Assembly: GCA_001275005.1 (NCBI GenBank)
Contig: JWZX01003063.1
Coordinates: 1-32,425, forward strand
Reading direction: 5' to 3'
Source of the DNA: Chrysochromulina tobinii
Lineage: Eukaryota
DNA length: 32,425 bases
Below, in pieces: positions 26,148-32,425 of the stretch (positions within the stretch are counted from its first letter, which is position 1; the number at the start of each line of letters is the position of its first letter). A program made the translations under genes and the position numbers. Under the pieces are notes generated by a model. That model ran no database searches, was not told the origin of the DNA, and saw only the letters and a program-made list of their open reading frames with translations.

Positions 26148-26676
26148 TGCACTGCGAGGTACGAAACGGCGAGGCGTCGTGTGATCGCTGCTGCATAAAT
26201 TCCCCGCTCCGAAAGAAGAGAGAAAGTTGGGCGCTGCGCGCGACCCCGGCATCGAAACTGCGGCCCCCACGGCCACGCAGCCCACGGCACGCGCACGACC
26301 GCCCATCGACTGCGAAAGCGAGAGCTACGGACGGTACTACCAGGACGCGCACGGCCAGCTGCGCACGGCAGCTCGCTGCGGCCCTCTCGCCTCTGCCGAC
26401 AATGGGTCAATGCTCGCCACGCTCGAGAGGCGTATCATTAGTGTGCTTGTTGCCGCCCTGGTTATCCCATAGGACACGGTCTTCTTTCTTGTCTCGGTGG
26501 GGTTCATCATACAAAAAAATTACCAGTGGCAGTTGCTGGGCCTGGGGCCCCAGTGCTACACCCTGTGAGCTGTGTTGAACGGCGGTTCCGGGTCGGTCTG
26601 TTCGTCAAAATATTAATAGAAGCAACCGTGTCCACGTTGTCCGTTCTCGGAGCACTTCGACCGACCGACGCCAACA

Positions 26677-26708
26677 TCGTCCCGAACCGGGCGCTCCGTT
26701 CGGGACGA
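26677..26708. repeat. 11-bp perfect inverted repeat (10-nt loop) in a convergent intergenic region
   Basis: TCGTCCCGAAC (26677-26687) and GTTCGGGACGA (26698-26708). Confidence 0.8.
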
Positions 26709-26933
26709 GCCTCCGTCGACGCACATCATGAGCATGACCGTGCCGCGCGAGGGTAGCTTGTTCAGTTACAAATCTCGTGCCGCGCGATTTCCGGACCCTT
26801 CGCGCCGCATGATTGTTGATGATGATGTTCTCCAGCGCGCCTTTCCGCAATGCAGTTCAGTTCCGCCTCGTTCTCGTGAGGTGCCATTGTCTGCTCTCCA
26901 ATCTCCTCTCCTTATGGTGCATGGCCACGGACC

Positions 26934-29900
26934 TCAATGCACGGCCTTCGCGCGAGGTACGCCTGCACGCTCGTCGAGCTCATCAAGGGCCTGGTGCGCA
27001 GCGGTCATGACGAAGCCACCACACATGTGCGAAGCGACGACTGCGAGGACGCACACCCAGAAGCCATCATTCAGTGTGGTCTGCACGCCGAAGCACGAGG
27101 CTTCGCCGGGCAGCAGCGAGCCGATCGAGTCATAGTGCTCGAGCATCTCGTTGAGGCTATCGCACTCGGAGCCCAGGATGAACTTGGCGACCTGGTCGAT
27201 CTCGAGCAGCGAGATGGCAATCACGACGAGCATCACGTCTAGCGACGCCCACGCGTAAACCGTCTCGGCGAAGACGAGCATCGAGCGCAGCGTGTCCGGG
27301 CGCATCGGCACAAGCCAGATGATGAGTGCAAGCACGATCCAGAGCAGCGGCAGCACGAGGCACAAGATGGCGTAGAATCCCGTGAGCCCCCAGAGGGCAA
27401 GCGGGGCGGTCTCCGACGAGACCGTCCCCACCTTACTCGCGAGCTGCACGAGCGAGAAATCCGTGTTGGCGTCCTTACCGAGTAAGGCGCCAATCAAGCC
27501 CACCACGTGCAGCGTGAAGTTGGTCATGCCGACCGCCACGCACGTGAGGAACTCGCACGCGAGTAGCCCAAGGGGCACGCCAAAACGCACCCACAACGAG
27601 AACGGCAGCGCGGGGCCGGTGCGCTTCCAGATCAGCCACGGGCCCGAAGCCTCGTACGACAGTCGGCTCACGCAGATGCGCTCCAACGACGGCGCGCGGC
27701 TCGATCCGCCCAAGCGACGGGGGGTAGGAACGCCACCCAAAATAGGAACGCGGGCCTCGCCGAGATGATCAGAGCCGAATGAGCCAGTGCCCAGCGTGGT
27801 GGGCGCGTTCTCGAGGGCGGCGGTCCGGGATGAAGCAGCCCAAGAGCGATCCTCAGTGAAATGGAGAGCGAGGCGGTGATAGTACATCTGGACGTGCGTC
27901 ATCGTGAGCGAGAGCAGCGTGGCAAGAGCGAAGAGGCCAAAGCCGATCTCGGGTGTGGTCTCGACCGACGCGACGACGAGCGCGGGCGCGTCGTGTTTGC
28001 CGCTGATCACGATCGTGAAGTGCATGGCGATCATGAGCAGGATGAGCATGGCGCTGTCGACCAGGCACCACTTGCCCGTCGCGTCCAGCACACGCAGCAC
28101 GGCGCCACGCGAGCGCGGCGAGAAGCGGCGAGGTGGCACCCACCATAGGAACATCATCAAGATGAGCTTCAAGTATGTCCAAATGCCTGAGCAGATGACG
28201 ATGATGATGGCGAGCCAGTACGCCTTCGACTTCCAAAAGTCGCTGACCGAGTTGAAGAGGGTGAAGTCGAAGATGGTGGGCATGGGCACGGGTTGCCCCG
28301 CAATCGTGAGCACCACGTGCACCGCAGCGCCCACCTGCACGTTGCCCCACAGAAACATCCCCCCGTTGAGCAGCAGTACGAGCGTGAAGCTCACACGCGC
28401 GACGCCGCAGGCGTGCTGTGCGAGGCAGTCGTCTAAGCTCGGCGCGGGGCGGCCGAAGAGGTAGCTGCCGAGTGGTTGCCCCTTCTTGGCACGGATGGGC
28501 TCGTCGGGCTCGTCCACGGGCGCGGCACGGAGCGAATCGGGGCACGCGGGCAGCGGCTGCAGATCACTGCCGGGGGGCGTGCTCGTGCGCGGCGGTGTGC
28601 TGCCCTCGCTCCCGCCGCCGAGGGTCTCGGAGCCCGAGGACGGCGCGAGCATGCTCTCGTTGGAGAGGGCAGAGCTGCCATCCGAGACGGTGCGCGTGTG
28701 CGCCGCTGCCCGACGCGCCGCCTTGGGCGACGCGTCGTTGGCTTGACCCTCTTCAACGGTCACTCGCAGCTCCTCCATCTCCGGCGACTCGAAGAAGAGC
28801 GTGAAGCACCAGCACGTGGCCACGATCAGCAGCACGCACCCGACGATGCCAAGGAAGGCGACGATGCCTTCGGTGACCGCCGAGATGGGCGGCGATGATG
28901 CGGGCGCCGGGGCGGGCGGCGGGGGTGCGTTTATGGCGCCGCGGGCGATGTTGCATGAGGCGTGCGCGTCGTCAAAGAGATGCGAGAGCTTGCGCTTGTT
29001 GAGAATGTCGATGACCACCGCCCCCAAATGGGGAGGGATATTCGTGTAGTGAACGCGCGAGAAGGGCAGCGGCGGTGGCGGTGGCACGTCGCTCGGCGGC
29101 AGCGGCGGCGCGCCCGGCGGCGGCGCCGCTCGTAGACCGAGCTCGAGGAAGCCGTCGCCGCGCACGTCGAAGCTGAAGCCCGTCGAGTCGGGGTCGAGCA
29201 ACGTGGCGTTGAGCGGCAGCAGGAAGCAGCGCGAGCCGCGGGTGGTGAGCGAGCTGAGCGAGAGCATCTCGTACGCGCTCAGGTCGACGTACACGAGCAT
29301 GCCGAGCCCGATGAGCAGCTGGCGAATCTCGATCTCGAGATCGAACCCTGTCCACACGCCCGCGAGGCGCAAGTGAAGTTTGGCGGACACGCCTAGCGAG
29401 CCGTGCTCTCCGAGCCCGAGGCCGCTCGTGAGTGCCTCGGGGTGCTCAGGCTCCTCGCCCACGGCGAGCACCTTGAGACCGTAGAGCTGGTCGAGACCCG
29501 AGAACATGATGTTCGAGAGCGAGACGGCGACATCGCCGATGATCTCGTTGGAGAAGCGTAAGGAGATCGCGCTGAACGGGATGGTGCCGTTGGGGAAGGG
29601 GCCCTCGATCCAAGGGTGGATCTTAGCGGAGGGCTGCCACCGGAGGCTCGCCCACTTGCGGAGGGCACGGTCGACGGCCTGGTTGAGATCCGCATCGGTG
29701 ATGTGCGAGAGCGTCGTGTTGAGCCAGCCCAGCAGCCTGGACTCGTTCCAGGGGCGGTAGTGCGGCGGCTTGGAGGGGCGCAAGGGAGGCTCGGGGGCAT
29801 AGGGGCACTTAGGCACGTGATCCAGCCAACTCGAGGCCGCCACGTTGACTCGCGTCTCGATGGCGCGTAGCAGCGACTGGGGCACCACGGCCGCGGCTTT

Positions 29901-32336
29901 GGGTGCCACCTCTGCGGTGATGCCGTCGGGCTCAGCTGCGCCCCACTCGTTTCCCCACACGCTCAAGTTGAGCTGCCGCGAGTCCAAGCTGAGGCTCGAG
30001 ATCTCGATCCGCTTGATCTGGTGCAGCAGGCAGTCTGGCTCACCCCACGAGAGCAGCGGCATGTGCACGAAGCCGCTGCGGTTGAGCTCGAGGCGCCACA
30101 GAGCGAGGAAGCTCACGTTGCTCGCACTGACGCTCAGGTTGAAAGCAATTGGAGGCGCGCCGGGCGCGCTCGGCCTGAGGCGCACGCCCAGCCGCATCGC
30201 GAGCAGATCGGCGGCGACGTAAGAGACGAGCGCCGCGGGGTCGTCGTTGGGCGACACGGGCGGCATACCAGCGACCTCGAGCAACTCGGCGAGGCCAGGA
30301 GTGAAAGCACCGCCCTCTGGCGTGGAGGAGAGCTGTGCCGTGGTCCAGTCCCACGACGAGTCCCACGACTCACGCGGCCCGAGCGTCGGGCCGGGCCCGT
30401 AGACCAGCCCCGCGGCTTGTGCCGCCACCGCGCCGATCGCGAAGGAGCGCCCAAAGATGTCGTCAGCCTCGACCGCAGCCGCAGCCGCCGCGGCGATCAC
30501 TGGCGACCCCTCGGCAGGCGGCACCTCGAGGGGCTTCAACGCGCTGATGGTGTCGAGGCCATCGAGCTCGAGCTCGAGCTCGAGCGGCAGCTCGAGACCG
30601 AGCAGCCTCGACACATTGACGCGCAGCGTGCCGTTGCCCGAGTTTGGCAGCTTGTCGAGCAGCCAATCGATCACGCCATCAAGTCCCTCGGGACCTAGCT
30701 TGTCCACGAGCCCCTCAGCCGCACGGCGCAGCGTTGAGTTCTTCCAGTCGAGCGTGCCCGGAGGCGCCGGCGGCGGCGGCCTCGGAGGGCTCGGTGGCGG
30801 GCGCGGCGGCGGAGCGGCTGGGCAGGGTTTGCCTCCGAGCAGCGACGATAGTCCCTCGACGAGCGTCGTATTGAGCGCATCGCGCACCGGGCCGCCGACG
30901 ATCGAGTCGGAGAGGCGCGGCACGAGAGTGGGGAAGCCGCTGAAGATGAGAGCCATCGCGTTATCGAGTAGCCGGTCGACCTGTGCCTCCAGCGGGAAGC
31001 CCGTGAAGTCGTGGAAGTTGATGTCGCCTATGCTCACGTTGAGCGCCATGCTCGGCACGCCTGTCTGGGGCGTGAGACCGTGGGTAGCTGGCAGCATGAG
31101 CGCGTAGTGGAGCATGCATCGGCCATCGAGCGCGCTGGGCTGCTGGAGCGTCTCGATGAAGGTCTGGTTCACGCCCAGAAGCAGCTCCACGCGCAAGGCC
31201 ATCTCGGAGAGACGCAGCACCACCTCAACGACCTCATCGAGGTCATCATCATTGCTCAGCAGCCCGCCGGGCACCGGCGCCACGTGCAGCCGCAGCCGCA
31301 GCCGCAGCCGCACGTCTTGCCACGCGAGCGCCACGTCGAGCGCATGGGCCGTGCGGGCGTCGGGCTCGAGCAGCGAGAGCTCACGCACGTGGTCGAGCCC
31401 CTCGAGCGTCGCGCTCAGCGCTGCGATGCTAATGTTCACCAGCGAGAGGTTGCCCAGCGCGATCGGACGATCGCCGCTCGCGAAGGTCAGGTTGCTGCGC
31501 GTGAGGTTGCCGCCGCCCGTGGCGAGCTTCACAAGCCCGGCGATACCAAGCGGCCCAGAGGCGCCGACGACGTCGTTGAGCACGTAGTCAATCGCCCCGA
31601 GCGCCGCCGAGTCTGGCCAGGACACGAGCTTTGTGGGCGGCGGTGGCAGCGCCGGCTCCGGAAGCGGCGTGGGCCATGGAAAGTTGTCGTTGATCATGTG
31701 GTCAAGCTTCTCGAGCGCGCTCGTGAGCGTTGATCCGAGGCCCTCGAGCGCCTGTTTGAGCGCGGCGGGCACCTTGGCCTTGATCACGCTCTCCAGCGCA
31801 GCGTCGATCGCGCCTTTGAGGTACCTAAGAGCCCCCTCAAACTCCAGGTCGATGACGAGCTTGGGCAGATCGACCTTGCTGACCTGGATGGCCGCCGCAG
31901 CGGGAAGCCCTCCCGCGTCGGTGAGTGCGAGGCTAAATTCCAGCGTCAGGCCGAGGTCCACCGCTAGAGATGCGTCGATGCTCACCGTCGGCAGCGACGG
32001 GAAGCCGTGGTGCTCGAGCTTGAGGTTTACGTGTGTTGCGGAGCAGTTTAGGATGAGATTGTCCAGACCAATTGCGAGCTCTGGCCTCACGCCTAATGTG
32101 ACAGCCGAGCCGAGCTTGCCAATCTGCAGCCCACCGCACTTGAGGCCCTTGACGTCCACGAACGCTTGGTAGCCACCTCCCACGTCGAGGGGTCCGATGT
32201 CAATCGGCCCCGGGATGCTGAAGGTGGACACGCACAGCCAGCCGGCCGCACCGCCGACACCCTTGGGGCATGGGGTCGGCGCGCCGTCCACCAGCGCCGC
32301 GAGCAGCGCAAGCGGCGCGATCAAAGAGCTCGGCAT
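26934..32336 (-). CDS. 1800-aa membrane protein: signal peptide, tandem BPI/TULIP-like beta-rich lumenal repeats, TM helix, two PqiA (LetA/YebS)-like modules
   Basis: Signal MPSSLIAPLALLAALVDGA; TM about 28793-28870; PqiA-like 1: SVSDFWKSKAYWLAIIIVICSGIWTYLKL...LDATGKWCLVDSAML; PqiA-like 2: LVLPLL...FAETVYAWASLDVMLVVIAISLLEI...LNDGFW. Confidence 0.8.
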   Translation of the reverse strand: MPSSLIAPLALLAALVDGAPTPCPKGVGGAAGWLCVSTFSIPGPIDIGPLDVGGGYQAFVDVKGLKCGGLQIGKLGSAVTLGVRPELAIGLDNLILNCSATHVNLKLEHHGFPSLPTVSIDASLAVDLGLTLEFSLALTDAGGLPAAAAIQVSKVDLPKLVIDLEFEGALRYLKGAIDAALESVIKAKVPAALKQALEGLGSTLTSALEKLDHMINDNFPWPTPLPEPALPPPPTKLVSWPDSAALGAIDYVLNDVVGASGPLGIAGLVKLATGGGNLTRSNLTFASGDRPIALGNLSLVNISIAALSATLEGLDHVRELSLLEPDARTAHALDVALAWQDVRLRLRLRLHVAPVPGGLLSNDDDLDEVVEVVLRLSEMALRVELLLGVNQTFIETLQQPSALDGRCMLHYALMLPATHGLTPQTGVPSMALNVSIGDINFHDFTGFPLEAQVDRLLDNAMALIFSGFPTLVPRLSDSIVGGPVRDALNTTLVEGLSSLLGGKPCPAAPPPRPPPSPPRPPPPAPPGTLDWKNSTLRRAAEGLVDKLGPEGLDGVIDWLLDKLPNSGNGTLRVNVSRLLGLELPLELELELDGLDTISALKPLEVPPAEGSPVIAAAAAAAVEADDIFGRSFAIGAVAAQAAGLVYGPGPTLGPRESWDSSWDWTTAQLSSTPEGGAFTPGLAELLEVAGMPPVSPNDDPAALVSYVAADLLAMRLGVRLRPSAPGAPPIAFNLSVSASNVSFLALWRLELNRSGFVHMPLLSWGEPDCLLHQIKRIEISSLSLDSRQLNLSVWGNEWGAAEPDGITAEVAPKAAAVVPQSLLRAIETRVNVAASSWLDHVPKCPYAPEPPLRPSKPPHYRPWNESRLLGWLNTTLSHITDADLNQAVDRALRKWASLRWQPSAKIHPWIEGPFPNGTIPFSAISLRFSNEIIGDVAVSLSNIMFSGLDQLYGLKVLAVGEEPEHPEALTSGLGLGEHGSLGVSAKLHLRLAGVWTGFDLEIEIRQLLIGLGMLVYVDLSAYEMLSLSSLTTRGSRCFLLPLNATLLDPDSTGFSFDVRGDGFLELGLRAAPPPGAPPLPPSDVPPPPPLPFSRVHYTNIPPHLGAVVIDILNKRKLSHLFDDAHASCNIARGAINAPPPPAPAPASSPPISAVTEGIVAFLGIVGCVLLIVATCWCFTLFFESPEMEELRVTVEEGQANDASPKAARRAAAHTRTVSDGSSALSNESMLAPSSGSETLGGGSEGSTPPRTSTPPGSDLQPLPACPDSLRAAPVDEPDEPIRAKKGQPLGSYLFGRPAPSLDDCLAQHACGVARVSFTLVLLLNGGMFLWGNVQVGAAVHVVLTIAGQPVPMPTIFDFTLFNSVSDFWKSKAYWLAIIIVICSGIWTYLKLILMMFLWWVPPRRFSPRSRGAVLRVLDATGKWCLVDSAMLILLMIAMHFTIVISGKHDAPALVVASVETTPEIGFGLFALATLLSLTMTHVQMYYHRLALHFTEDRSWAASSRTAALENAPTTLGTGSFGSDHLGEARVPILGGVPTPRRLGGSSRAPSLERICVSRLSYEASGPWLIWKRTGPALPFSLWVRFGVPLGLLACEFLTCVAVGMTNFTLHVVGLIGALLGKDANTDFSLVQLASKVGTVSSETAPLALWGLTGFYAILCLVLPLLWIVLALIIWLVPMRPDTLRSMLVFAETVYAWASLDVMLVVIAISLLEIDQVAKFILGSECDSLNEMLEHYDSIGSLLPGEASCFGVQTTLNDGFWVCVLAVVASHMCGGFVMTAAHQALDELDERAGVPRAKAVH

Positions 32337-32425
32337 CCCCGTCTCAAAGAGTTCTCAAAGACGAAAGCAGGCTCGTTGTTACGGCGATGTACAGTCGAAA
32401 TTTTTGGCATTGGCCGGGAGGGGGG

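Noticed and set aside
26227..26756. Short ORFs 26227..26472 and 26526..26756 as a readthrough or frameshifted gene
   Set aside because: Non-ATG starts, weak codon bias, and no homology or convincing splice pair.
1..32425. Prokaryotic operon or defence-island reading suggested by the CHAT, PqiA and GalT-like domains
   Set aside because: Spliceosomal introns and core eukaryotic genes (VPS26, PSMA1, SGT1, CDK, kinesin) are interleaved with similar composition; no integrase, transposase or boundary is seen.

Overview
GC-rich, very gene-dense eukaryotic genomic DNA with few, short GT-AG introns (two are directly verifiable, 75 and 78 nt). The style suggests a haptophyte-like alga, but this is inference only. 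About 15 protein-coding genes are present, including five head-to-head pairs. Recognisable genes are a FYV7/CCDC59-like rRNA-processing protein, a DUF6492-like GT-A glycosyltransferase, EI24, a signal-anchored GalT/HIT-like protein, an Erv2-type sulfhydryl oxidase, a divergent CDK10/11-like kinase, VPS26, proteasome subunit PSMA1 and SGT1. Three multidomain proteins stand out. (1) A kinesin motor fused to an alpha/beta-hydrolase fold that is split by a RING finger, a YEATS-like domain and a long disordered tract. (2) A Tudor-knot protein with a C-terminal CHAT/caspase-like protease domain and an intact His-Cys dyad. (3) An 1800-aa membrane protein joining tandem BPI/TULIP-like lumenal repeats to two PqiA/LetA-like modules, a candidate single-chain lipid-transfer bridge. 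All domain calls come from motif recognition by eye; no searches were run. No rRNA, tRNA, CRISPR array or transposase was seen.
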